Source: a bacterium (lineage in GTDB: Bacteria > Patescibacteriota > Minisyncoccia > Phycocordibacterales > Zambryskibacteraceae). Taken from it: a DNA stretch of 64,000 bases. A program made the translations under genes and the position numbers. The stretch covers positions 1-64,000 of the forward strand of contig JAUSGI010000008.1 in the NCBI GenBank assembly GCA_030649135.1, written 5' to 3'. Positions 17,520-26,845 of the stretch are shown here, one piece after another (within the stretch, counting starts at the first letter, position 1; the number at the start of each line of letters is the position of its first letter). The notes below the pieces were generated by a model. That model made no database searches, had not been told where the DNA came from, and worked only from the letters and a program-made list of their open reading frames with translations.

Positions 17520-19248
17520 AATAGGGGCCCTTTTCTTTCCCTACAAGATATTCACCGATTGCCAAGTGGTCCATTTTTGTTCTCATAAATGTTTTTATCG
17601 CGTCCTCCGGCGAGCACACAATAGGTTCGTTATCGTTAAATGAAGTATTTAGCACTAGGGGTACTCCAGTCTGCTTTAAAAAACTAGTAATAAGCTTGTG
17701 ATATAGGGGATTAGTGTTCTTGTTTACCACTTGTGCGCGGCTTGTATTGTCTTTGTGGGTGACTGCTGGAATTTTACCGTGTTTGTCTTTACTCACGTCA
17801 AAATTTATTTCCATAAACTCTGTGGAAATAGATCTGCAATCTGGTGAGATACTAAACCAATTTTGTACTTGTTCTCTCAATACACTCGGAGCAAATGGTC
17901 TAAATGGCTCGCGCTTCTTAATACGAATATTAAGAAGATTCTTCATTCTCTGCGAGCGTGGGTCAGCGAGAAGCGAGCGGTTACCCAAGGCACGTGGTCC
18001 CCACTCACTCCTACCCTGAAACCACCCAATAATGTTACCCTCTGCCAAACGTGCCGCCACATCGTGGACGAGGTTCTTAGCTTTCTCATATTTTAATCCT
18101 GCGCGATCTAGGGCTTCCCGTATTTCTTTGTCAGTATATTCTGGACCCCAGTATGCGTGCTCCATGACAAAAGATCTCTTGCCACCTAACATTTGGTTCC
18201 AAATATAATATGCAGCACCCAGAGCTGTCCCGGCATCATTGGCAGCCGGCTGTACGTATATATTTCTAAATAGCGAGCTATTCATCAGCATTTGATTGGA
18301 TACGCAATTTAGTGCTACGCCACCAGCCAAACACAAATTTCCGGATATTGTTTTCTGTTGAATGAACTCTGCCAAATGTAGAATAACATCATTGGTTATT
18401 TTCTGTAGCCCTGCAGATATATCTTCTTGATCCTTTCCGATCTCGTTTGGAGTATTGATTTTTCTAACACCAAATAAGCTCTCTAACTGGCTGAAATCAT
18501 CTATGCGAAAGCGCATGGCGCTGTTATTGATTAAGAACTCACCATTTGGCAGAAGACTAACTAATGTTTGAAATTGTTTATAAAATCGGTCAGGATTACC
18601 GTAAGCAGCAAGCCCCATTACTTTTGATGAATCATATTCTGTAAATCCTAAATACTTGCTGATTTTTTCCCATAAAAAACCAACAGAATTGGGATAGTTA
18701 ACTTCTTTAATAACTCTTATCTTATTATCTTGACCGATTCCCATCCATGTAGAAGAAAATTCACCTATGCCATCAATAGAGATAATGGCGGATTTTTTGA
18801 AAGGAGAGACGAAGAAAGCACTGCTCGCATGGCAAATATGATGCGGTATCCAGTGAATTTTTTTTGAAATATCTTGGCCAGCTATTTTATTAAGCATCAT
18901 GGGTATGCGCTTTATTTTTTTATAAAACAGCTTTTCTCCCTCCTCGCTGCCCCAGTCTCCTTTGTTGAAATATTTGTCGGTACCGATGTTCTTTAAACGA
19001 TCTTCTGGCAGAAAAGAAAGACCGATATAGTCGATTTTATTAAGTGTTATACCGCCTACCTTAAGGCAGTATTCTATTGATTTCAAAGGCAGGGTATCCG
19101 GGTTACCTACTAGTGATTTTTTACCTCTTTTTATGCGAGAAAATCTTTCTTCCTCTACGGCTGCCAGAAGCTTGCCATCTTTCACAAGACATGCTGACAG
19201 CTCGTGGTAAGCAAAATTTAACCCTAGTATGTAAAGCGGCTTCCTCAT
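17455..19248 (-). CDS. NodU/CmcH/TobZ-family carbamoyltransferase
   Basis: N-term YILGLNFAYHELSACLVKDGKLLAAVEEERFSRIKRGK; ~597 aa two-domain architecture. Confidence 0.75.
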   Translation of the reverse strand: MRKPLYILGLNFAYHELSACLVKDGKLLAAVEEERFSRIKRGKKSLVGNPDTLPLKSIEYCLKVGGITLNKIDYIGLSFLPEDRLKNIGTDKYFNKGDWGSEEGEKLFYKKIKRIPMMLNKIAGQDISKKIHWIPHHICHASSAFFVSPFKKSAIISIDGIGEFSSTWMGIGQDNKIRVIKEVNYPNSVGFLWEKISKYLGFTEYDSSKVMGLAAYGNPDRFYKQFQTLVSLLPNGEFLINNSAMRFRIDDFSQLESLFGVRKINTPNEIGKDQEDISAGLQKITNDVILHLAEFIQQKTISGNLCLAGGVALNCVSNQMLMNSSLFRNIYVQPAANDAGTALGAAYYIWNQMLGGKRSFVMEHAYWGPEYTDKEIREALDRAGLKYEKAKNLVHDVAARLAEGNIIGWFQGRSEWGPRALGNRSLLADPRSQRMKNLLNIRIKKREPFRPFAPSVLREQVQNWFSISPDCRSISTEFMEINFDVSKDKHGKIPAVTHKDNTSRAQVVNKNTNPLYHKLITSFLKQTGVPLVLNTSFNDNEPIVCSPEDAIKTFMRTKMDHLAIGEYLVGKEKGPYSRLRKHTKKQHMSIGHHQSSR

Positions 19249-19257
19249 TCAGTCTGA

Positions 19258-19271
19258 TTATTGTGCAATAA
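19258..19271. promoter_or_regulatory. palindrome TTATTG-TG-CAATAA in the divergent intergenic region; candidate operator
   Basis: perfect 6+6 inverted repeat between the carbamoyltransferase start and the membrane-sensor gene. Confidence 0.35.
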
Positions 19272-19333
19272 CAATACGTGTATAGTACAATAAAAAACGT
19301 AAAGATGGTAGAATTGATGAAAGTAAGCTAAAG

Positions 19334-20149
19334 ATGAATATAGTAAAAAAGTTGTTGATATTGGACTACATTCTAGCTCTAGGGGTGGTTATTTGGTTGT
19401 CTCTATCAAACATCACCAGTTCTGTTGTCATCGATCTCTATGGGGTACTTTTTCTAGGATTAATTCCTATGTTAGGTGGTATCACGGGACTTATAATTGC
19501 AAAGCAATGGGGTGCCTTCAGAAGTGCTGTAGGAAGAGCAATTATCTTCCTGTCTCTGGGCTTAATCTCTTGGGGCTTAGGAACGTACATATTCTCCGGC
19601 GTATACAATTTTCTACTACAAGTGGAAGTACCTTATCCTTCTCTGGCTGATGTCGGCTATATATTGAGTTTGCCTCTTTGGGTCATTGGTATAATCCAAC
19701 TTTCCCGTGCCACGGGGGCAAAATACGGCCTGCGATCTTTTAATGGTAAGCTGGTATTTCTCACTATACCAGTCATTGTAATCCTGCTTTCATATTATCT
19801 GTTAGTTGTGGTTGCTCGCGGAGGACATATTGATTTATCGAATAGCGGTATTCTGAAGATCTTCTTCGATCTTGCGTATCCGGTAAGCGATGTCATCATT
19901 CTGACACTTGCCACGTTAATTTATGGATTATCGTTTAATTATTTTGGAGGGGTCTACAAGAAGGCTGTTTACTTTATGCTTGCCGGATTTCTCATTATGT
20001 ACTGCGCGGATTTCCTATTCTCCTATACGACGACTCTTGGGACTTGGCGTCCGGCGAATTGGGTAGACTTATTATTTACTACAGCCGTGTTTATTTTATC
20101 TATGGGCGTTGTGATGTTTGATCAAAGAAAGGTGTCAAGCGCCAATTAA
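19334..20149 (+). CDS. polytopic membrane protein (putative sensor module)
   Basis: ~7 hydrophobic helices; no catalytic domain; lies upstream of a soluble histidine kinase. Confidence 0.55.
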   Translation: MNIVKKLLILDYILALGVVIWLSLSNITSSVVIDLYGVLFLGLIPMLGGITGLIIAKQWGAFRSAVGRAIIFLSLGLISWGLGTYIFSGVYNFLLQVEVPYPSLADVGYILSLPLWVIGIIQLSRATGAKYGLRSFNGKLVFLTIPVIVILLSYYLLVVVARGGHIDLSNSGILKIFFDLAYPVSDVIILTLATLIYGLSFNYFGGVYKKAVYFMLAGFLIMYCADFLFSYTTTLGTWRPANWVDLLFTTAVFILSMGVVMFDQRKVSSAN

Positions 20150-20438
20150 AAACATGACTACTATCGACCAAATTGCCGGGACAATCATCAAAGAACAGGA
20201 GCTTATTATAGGTCCTCTGGCGTGGCAAGAAGCCGGAAAAGTAAGTGGCGTGCACATTATTGATGCGAGGTCTGGTTCTGTTACTGTGGGGAATGGAGAC
20301 AGTAAACTTGTCATTGATAAATTGGTCAGTCAGTACGAGCGTCTATTTGGGCGAGCTTCTCGTGAAGTGTGCAGGGAGGCGGCAACGCCATTTCTGTCAA
20401 ATCTTGCTCCAGCAGAGATACCTTTAAGTTTACAGTAA
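20118..20438 (+). CDS. hypothetical small protein (real start probably the ATG near 20154)
   Basis: ORF between the membrane protein and the kinase; no recognisable domain. Confidence 0.35.
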   Translation: MIKERCQAPIKNMTTIDQIAGTIIKEQELIIGPLAWQEAGKVSGVHIIDARSGSVTVGNGDSKLVIDKLVSQYERLFGRASREVCREAATPFLSNLAPAEIPLSLQ

Positions 20439-20442
20439 AACT

Positions 20443-21273
20443 ATGGCGGACAGTGACATGAATAACCAGATTTCTAGCGAGGAATATAAAAAAGTTACAG
20501 AGGAACTGTACAAACAAAATCTTGAGGTAGTCCGATTGTATAAACAGGTCGAGAACTTGAATAGCGAACTCGAGATTGCTAATGAGGGGCAGGCAAATTT
20601 AATACACATCATTAACCACCAAATCAAAGGCTATTTAGCTAAGGCGAGAAACATTTTCTCCGAATTGCTCTCCGAACCGTCCTACGGTCCGGTTACTCCC
20701 ACCGCTAAACCCATGCTCGAGGAAGGATTCAACTCGCTCACCGAAGGAGTCACCTTTGTCACGGACTTTTTAACCGCCTCCAATATTGAGAAAGGAACTT
20801 TCGTCTATGATATGCAATCTGTGGACTTTAAAACAATAGTAACCGAAGTGGCCGAGAAACAAAAAGAGACGGCAAAGGAAAAAGGTCTCTCCTTCGAGCT
20901 CACGGCTATTCCCGGCGACTATAACATGAAAGGGGACGCGAGTCAGCTTGGTCAGGCAGTAAAAAACTTGATTGACAATTCCGTCCGCTATACACCGAAG
21001 GGTGGTCTGGTCGTTAATCTGTCACACCCCAACGACAAAATTCTTCTCGCGGTTAATGATACCGGTGTGGGCATCTCGGAGGAACTCAAACCCAGGCTCT
21101 TCACCAAAGGCGGCAGGGACAAGGATTCGCTCAAGGTCAATGTAAACTCGACCGGCTTCGGCTTGTCCTTCGTGAAGGGTGTGGTAGAAGCGCACAAGGG
21201 TCGCGTCTGGGCCGAATCCGCCGGTCCCGACAAAGGCTCTACTTTCTACATGGAGTTACCGGTTAATTCTTGA
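20443..21273 (+). CDS. soluble histidine kinase core (coiled coil, HisKA, HATPase_c)
   Basis: H-box IINHQIKGYLAKARN; N-box NLIDNSVRYT; G-boxes DTGVGI and GFGLSFVKG. Confidence 0.75.
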   Translation: MADSDMNNQISSEEYKKVTEELYKQNLEVVRLYKQVENLNSELEIANEGQANLIHIINHQIKGYLAKARNIFSELLSEPSYGPVTPTAKPMLEEGFNSLTEGVTFVTDFLTASNIEKGTFVYDMQSVDFKTIVTEVAEKQKETAKEKGLSFELTAIPGDYNMKGDASQLGQAVKNLIDNSVRYTPKGGLVVNLSHPNDKILLAVNDTGVGISEELKPRLFTKGGRDKDSLKVNVNSTGFGLSFVKGVVEAHKGRVWAESAGPDKGSTFYMELPVNS

Positions 21274-21288
21274 TACTATAGGGTTAAT

Positions 21289-22242
21289 ATGGCCGATAAG
21301 AAAATACTGCTTTCGGGGGTTAAACCTACCGGCAGGCCACACATAGGGAATTATTTTGGCGCCATGAAGCGATTTGTTGAGATGCAAGGTTCATACGAGA
21401 GCTATGTATTTATTGCAGACTCGCATGCTTTGACCAGCCTCCAAAATAAACAAGAACTTAAGAGCAATACTCTTGGGGTGTTACTAGATTACATGGCTAT
21501 TGGTCTTAATCCGCAAAAGGTTACTCTTTACAAGCAGTCTGATGTGCCTCAAGTGACGGAACTAACTTGGATTTTCAATTGTCTTACTACAGTGCCGTAT
21601 TTAATGCGAGCACATGCATATAAGGATGCAGTCGCTAATGGCAAAGAACCAACAGTTGGTCTTTTCGATTACCCTTTACTTATGGCGGCTGATATTCTCA
21701 TCCAGGGTGCCGATGTGGTACCGGTGGGGCAGGACCAGAAACAACATGTCGAGATTGCCCGCGACACAGCTCAAAAGTTTAATAATGTATTTGGGGGAAC
21801 TTTTAAATTACCGGAGTCAATAATTCTCGAAAGCGTTGCTACTGTACCAGGAACAGACGGCAGAAAGATGTCTAAAAGCTATGGCAATACTATTCCAATT
21901 TTTGCCACTGACGAAGAAATTGAGAAAGCAGTCATGAGTATTGTCACGGACTCCTCTTCTGGTATACCGGAGAATGTCTATGCCATCCATACTCTCCTGC
22001 GTGAGAAGGGAGATTTGGATAAACTTTATGCCGAAAAGAAAGGTCAATACAAAGAACTGAAAGAAGCGCTTATTGAAGACTTGAAGAAGTTTATCGGACC
22101 CATGCGTGAAAAGAGACAGGCGCTTGAAAAAGATAAAGGGGTCGTACTCGAAGTGCTTAAAGCGGGCGGCCAAGTAGCTCGGGAAAGGGCAGAAAAGAAA
22201 ATGGAAGAGGTGAGAGAAAAAATAGGCCTAAAAATATCATGA
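21289..22242 (+). CDS. trpS: tryptophanyl-tRNA synthetase
   Basis: GVKPTGRPHIGNY (HIGH), KMSKS. Confidence 0.9.
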   Translation: MADKKILLSGVKPTGRPHIGNYFGAMKRFVEMQGSYESYVFIADSHALTSLQNKQELKSNTLGVLLDYMAIGLNPQKVTLYKQSDVPQVTELTWIFNCLTTVPYLMRAHAYKDAVANGKEPTVGLFDYPLLMAADILIQGADVVPVGQDQKQHVEIARDTAQKFNNVFGGTFKLPESIILESVATVPGTDGRKMSKSYGNTIPIFATDEEIEKAVMSIVTDSSSGIPENVYAIHTLLREKGDLDKLYAEKKGQYKELKEALIEDLKKFIGPMREKRQALEKDKGVVLEVLKAGGQVARERAEKKMEEVREKIGLKIS

Positions 22243-23483
22243 TCCAAGGATTCGTACATGCTCTGCGGGTGCAGTCGAAGATTATTTTCATCATTGTAAG
22301 GAATCTCAAAGGGTTGACGCAGGTGGTTGTGACGGCCGATAATTCCGAGTTTGAAACGGCCAAGAACTTGTCTCTCGAGTCAGTCATCAGGGCGACGGGA
22401 GAAATGAAAGAAGAGAAGAATGCACCGGGTGGTAGTGAAATGCATCCAACGAAGATAGAAGTGCTCTCGGCGGCTTTACCGGAACTGCCTATGCCTGTCG
22501 TAATCAAGGGTTCAGACGAAGAGACAGAAGCGCCGATACGTTTCGATTACCGCTGGCTTGATTTGAGGAAGCCAGAGAAAGCAAGGATTTTCAAAGTCTG
22601 GACAGAGTTTGAGAAAGGCTGGCGTCAGTATTGGAGTAACAATAATTTTATTCAACTTTATCCACCGGCTTTGATGTCCACGCCCTCCGAAGGCGGGGCG
22701 GAAGTTTTCGAAGTCAATTACTTTGACCGCAAGGCTTATCTTGCCCAGTCTCCGCAATTCTACAAACAAATGGCTATGGCTGCCGGTTTCGAAAAAGTTT
22801 TCATGACGTCTTCCGTGTTTCGCGCCGAGCCGTCCTTCACCACTCGCCATCTGACAGAATTTACCGGGTGGGATTTCGAGATTTCTTATATAGAGAATTA
22901 TCATGATGTGATGGATGCTCTCGAAGGTATGGTTGTTGCGGGGTTCAAACAGCTTCTGGAAGTGTTCCCAGACCTCAACATCAGTATGCCTGCTCGGCCA
23001 TTTCCCAGACTTACAATGGTAGAGGCTAAAAAGATATTGCTTGATTTAAATGTGCCAAGTCCGGAAGAACACGATTTGTCTCCGGAAGAAGAGCGTGCCA
23101 TTTCGGATTATGTCAAAAAAGAACACAATCACGAATTTGTCTTCATTACCGAATATCACAAATCCAAAAGCGCTTTTTATCACATGCGTTTAGCAGATGA
23201 TAACCCTGAGCGCAGTCGAAGGGCTGATTTACTATACCGCGGTATCGAAGTCACAACCCTGGCTCAGCGGGAACATAGACCCGAAATTCTGGAAAAACAA
23301 GCCAAGGAAAAAGGTGTAGATTTGGAACCACTAAAGGACTATCTCAATTTCTTCCGCTACGGCTGTCCGCCGCATGGCGGGGCTGGTATCGGCCCAGGCC
23401 GCTTCATCATGAAAATCCTGGACTTACCTAACGTCCGCGAAGCTACTTATTTACCCCGGGACGTCAAACGCTTGAATCCGTAA
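22239..23483 (+). CDS. class IIb aspartyl/asparaginyl-tRNA synthetase
   Basis: N-terminal OB fold; motif 2 FRAE; motif 3 GCPPHGGAGIGPGRFIM. Confidence 0.8.
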   Translation: MIQGFVHALRVQSKIIFIIVRNLKGLTQVVVTADNSEFETAKNLSLESVIRATGEMKEEKNAPGGSEMHPTKIEVLSAALPELPMPVVIKGSDEETEAPIRFDYRWLDLRKPEKARIFKVWTEFEKGWRQYWSNNNFIQLYPPALMSTPSEGGAEVFEVNYFDRKAYLAQSPQFYKQMAMAAGFEKVFMTSSVFRAEPSFTTRHLTEFTGWDFEISYIENYHDVMDALEGMVVAGFKQLLEVFPDLNISMPARPFPRLTMVEAKKILLDLNVPSPEEHDLSPEEERAISDYVKKEHNHEFVFITEYHKSKSAFYHMRLADDNPERSRRADLLYRGIEVTTLAQREHRPEILEKQAKEKGVDLEPLKDYLNFFRYGCPPHGGAGIGPGRFIMKILDLPNVREATYLPRDVKRLNP

Positions 23484-23485
23484 AG

Positions 23486-24121
23486 ATGAGAGTAGAATTT
23501 GCCTACGATCTTGATAAGGATGTTGAAAACTTTGCTAAGACGCTTAACTCAGTAAATAATAAGGAACATACAGCTTTTCATAGACTCTACATTGAAAAAC
23601 GTGGTCAAGATTTCAAACCAGATTTAGTAAAAAAGTTTATCAAAGAACATACGATAAACATCGATATTCCAGCTGTTATTGCTGAAATTGAGAATAACTG
23701 GTTACCTATTCATGAAAAGTTTATTGAAAGAGCAGAAAAGATCTTTGGCATTAAATATCCCCTTGAGAAAATCACTGCTTATCTAACCACAAATAATCGC
23801 TGTTCTTACAATACAAAAGAGAATTATTTTTTTGTTTATCTAAAGAACAAATCTTCTAATAGAACTATTATGCATGAGATTTTCCATTTTTATACTTGGC
23901 ATTTATTTTACAAAAAGTTGTTTGATCAAGGAGTTTCAAAAGAAAAATACAATGATATAAAAGAGTCTCTCACTGAACTGTTAAATCTTGAATTCTCTGA
24001 TTTGTTGGACGGAGCAGTCGATTATGGTTATCAACGACATCAAGAAATGCGAGCCAAGGTCCGCGATATGTGGAACTCCGACAAAAATTTACACAAGATA
24101 ATTAATGTACTAATAAAATAA
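23486..24121 (+). CDS. hypothetical protein with an HExxH motif (putative metallopeptidase-like); AT-rich
   Basis: MHEIFHFYTWH; ~32% GC by eye. Confidence 0.45.
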   Translation: MRVEFAYDLDKDVENFAKTLNSVNNKEHTAFHRLYIEKRGQDFKPDLVKKFIKEHTINIDIPAVIAEIENNWLPIHEKFIERAEKIFGIKYPLEKITAYLTTNNRCSYNTKENYFFVYLKNKSSNRTIMHEIFHFYTWHLFYKKLFDQGVSKEKYNDIKESLTELLNLEFSDLLDGAVDYGYQRHQEMRAKVRDMWNSDKNLHKIINVLIK

Positions 24122-24216
24122 TTAAAGACCTCCTCCTCCCGAGAAAAAAATATGTTGAAGTAAGCAAACAATATGGAGAAAGTCCATTTACTTTTGAAAT
24201 CGAGAAGTCAGAACAG

Positions 24217-24900
24217 GTGTTGTTTTACTTTGGCGCTAATCACTCTCATGACCCGAATAATCATCAATACCCGATACTACGGGAATATTGGGAAAAGTTT
24301 TTAAAAACAACGGAAGGTAAAGAAAAAATAGTTTTAATAGAAGGTGGTTCTCGTAGTATAGAAAAAGATGATGAAACAGCTATAAGACATGGGTCTGAAG
24401 CTGGTCTCATAACTCTACTTGCTCATAATTTAAATATTCTAGTAGTGTCCCCAGACCCAAGTCTTGAGAGGCTTGCTGAGCAATTTCCCGAGATTCCAAA
24501 AGAAGAAGTATTGTTGATGAGGTTCATAAACAAAGTAGATAGTTACCAGCGTCATAATATTATTGGCACTTTTGAAGAGGTTATGGAGGAGTGGAGCCGA
24601 CAAAGAAAAGGATTAAAAACATGGGAGGATATTGAGATCTCCCTATCTACAATGGAAAAGATTTATAAAAAGGTTCTGGGTAAAAATTTTGATTTGAAAG
24701 ACAATATGAATCAACTGGCAGACCCTAATAAAACGGGGACACGAATGAATGAGGTTGCTGCTATTTTAACCGATGCTCGCGAAGTAAGTATAGTCTCTGA
24801 AATTGAGAGGTGTTGGAGAGAGGGAAAGAGTATTTTTGTTATTTTTGGCAGTGGACACCTTATTGCTCAAAGGCCAGCGTTAGAAAAATTACTTAAATAA
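24217..24900 (+). CDS. hypothetical protein; AT-rich
   Basis: ORF only; no recognisable domain. Confidence 0.4.
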   Translation: MLFYFGANHSHDPNNHQYPILREYWEKFLKTTEGKEKIVLIEGGSRSIEKDDETAIRHGSEAGLITLLAHNLNILVVSPDPSLERLAEQFPEIPKEEVLLMRFINKVDSYQRHNIIGTFEEVMEEWSRQRKGLKTWEDIEISLSTMEKIYKKVLGKNFDLKDNMNQLADPNKTGTRMNEVAAILTDAREVSIVSEIERCWREGKSIFVIFGSGHLIAQRPALEKLLK

Positions 24901-24942
24901 ATCTATTCTCATGTTCTCAAGAACACCAGAATAAACTATTCT

Positions 24943-24961
24943 CCTATTCGCGCGAATTAGA
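24943..24961. repeat. palindromic motif CTATTCGCGCGAATTAGAC; near-copy at 31742-31760
   Basis: ATTCGCGCGAAT core palindrome; 17/19 match to the second copy at the boundary of another inserted cassette. Confidence 0.45.
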
Positions 24962-25022
24962 CTAACTTAGCTAAACATTAAGCTAATTTTGTGCTATAGT
25001 GCCAATTCCGTAATAATTTTAT

Positions 25023-26804
25023 ATGAACAGTCCCAATGTTCCAAAAGTTGGATTGTCTGATGTACTGAAGGCTTTCTGGCAAGCAATACGACCGCGGCAA
25101 ATCTCAATGTATTTCGCGATATTCGCTTACTCTGTTGTGAGCGTATTGGATTTGATAGTGCCATTGGTATACAAACAATTTTTTGATGTTCTCGCTACAG
25201 AGGGAAATAGGAATTTTCTGGCACCACAACTTGTCAAATTTCTGCTCATTATCCTTATAATCCATGGGATAGTATGGATTTTTTTCAGGACGGCTATGTT
25301 TGTACTGAATGATTTTGAGTCTAAAACTATGGCTCAACTAAAGCAAATGTCTTTCGACTACATGATTAATCACTCTCACTCCTTCTTTGCCAATAGCTTC
25401 ACCGGAGCTTTGGTTCAAAGAGTCAGTCGGTTCAGTAGGTCATTCGAAAAACTTTTCGATACCTTGGTATTCAATATCATTCCTCTTTTTATCAATATAG
25501 TGGGAGTGATAATTATAGTCTGGTTCCATGAACCAATAATTTCTTACATTATTTGTGTGTGGATAGTTGTTATTATGATATTTAACTTCTTCTTTTCCAG
25601 ATGGAAATTGAAATACGATTTGGAGTCTGCCAAAGCCGACTCGGCTACCACAGCTCTCTTGGCTGACGCTGTAACGAATCAAAGTGCCATTACCCACTTT
25701 ACCAATTTCTATAGTGAGTCCCTGTCTTTCAAAGATGCCACCCACAACCAAGCCAAGATTCAAAGATTCACTTGGAATCTCGGCAACATCGTTGATGGTG
25801 TGCAGGGCGGGCTCATCGTCATCGTGGAGTTCCTTATTTTTTACTACGCTGTACAATTTTGGCAAAGAAACTTGATAACTCTCGGTACTTTCGTGCTGAT
25901 TCAGGTTTACATCTTGAGTATCGCTCACCGACTCTGGGATTTCGGTAAAATCATAAGAAATCTCTACGAAAGCCTTGCGGATTCCAAAGAGATGGTGGAA
26001 ATCTTAGCGACACCTCATGAGGTGAAAAATTTGCCAGCCGCTACCATTCTTGAAGTTCAAGAGGGGAAAGTAGAGTTTAAAGAAGTATCGTTTAGCTTCA
26101 ACAAAACACGAGGTTTGATCGATAACTTGAATCTGTCTATTGGCAGAGGGGAAAAGGTGGCGCTTATCGGCCCTTCTGGTGCCGGCAAGTCGACGATAGT
26201 CAAACTTCTACTGAGAACATATGACCTAACATCCGGTTCCATTCTGATAGATAACCAGAATATCCAACGTGTAACTCAAGAAAGTTTGCGGCAAAACATC
26301 AGTCTGGTGCCACAAGACCCGGTCTTATTTCACAGAACTCTGTTGGAAAATATTCGATATGGACGACTGGATGCGACGGACATTGAAGTTGTAGAGGCGG
26401 CAAGGTTGGCGCATTGCGATGAATTTATAGAAACGCTTCCTCTCAAATACGATACTTTTGTGGGAGAAAGGGGGGTAAAACTTTCTGGAGGCGAACGTCA
26501 GAGAGTGGCTATTGCCAGGGCCATCCTCAAGAACGCACCCATCCTAATACTTGACGAAGCAACCTCGAGCCTCGACTCGTATTCCGAGTCTTTAATACAA
26601 GACGCTCTTGAAAAACTTATGAAAGGTAAAACCAGTATCGTTATTGCGCATCGCTTGTCTACCGTTCGCAAGATGGATAGGATTATTGTCATTGAGGCGG
26701 GTCAAATAGTAGAGGATGGCAGTCATGATGACCTATTGGTAAAAGAAAAAGGTCTTTACAAGAGATTATGGAGTTTACAGGCGGGTGGTTTTATTTCAGA
26801 ATAA
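25023..26804 (+). CDS. ABC transporter, fused permease/ATPase (exporter, MsbA-like)
   Basis: 6 TM helices + Walker A GPSGAGKST, LSGGERQRVAIAR signature, Walker B ILILDEATS. Confidence 0.9.
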   Translation: MNSPNVPKVGLSDVLKAFWQAIRPRQISMYFAIFAYSVVSVLDLIVPLVYKQFFDVLATEGNRNFLAPQLVKFLLIILIIHGIVWIFFRTAMFVLNDFESKTMAQLKQMSFDYMINHSHSFFANSFTGALVQRVSRFSRSFEKLFDTLVFNIIPLFINIVGVIIIVWFHEPIISYIICVWIVVIMIFNFFFSRWKLKYDLESAKADSATTALLADAVTNQSAITHFTNFYSESLSFKDATHNQAKIQRFTWNLGNIVDGVQGGLIVIVEFLIFYYAVQFWQRNLITLGTFVLIQVYILSIAHRLWDFGKIIRNLYESLADSKEMVEILATPHEVKNLPAATILEVQEGKVEFKEVSFSFNKTRGLIDNLNLSIGRGEKVALIGPSGAGKSTIVKLLLRTYDLTSGSILIDNQNIQRVTQESLRQNISLVPQDPVLFHRTLLENIRYGRLDATDIEVVEAARLAHCDEFIETLPLKYDTFVGERGVKLSGGERQRVAIARAILKNAPILILDEATSSLDSYSESLIQDALEKLMKGKTSIVIAHRLSTVRKMDRIIVIEAGQIVEDGSHDDLLVKEKGLYKRLWSLQAGGFISE

Positions 26805-26845
26805 TCCCCGCAAACGTTGAAAATAGGGCTTACAAAAGGGTATAA

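Noticed and set aside
24912-24925. LexA/Cheo-box at TGTTCTCAAGAACA
   Set aside because: The arrangement is GTTC-N4-GAAC, not the GAAC-N4-GTTC Cheo consensus. It is retained only as an unexplained palindrome.
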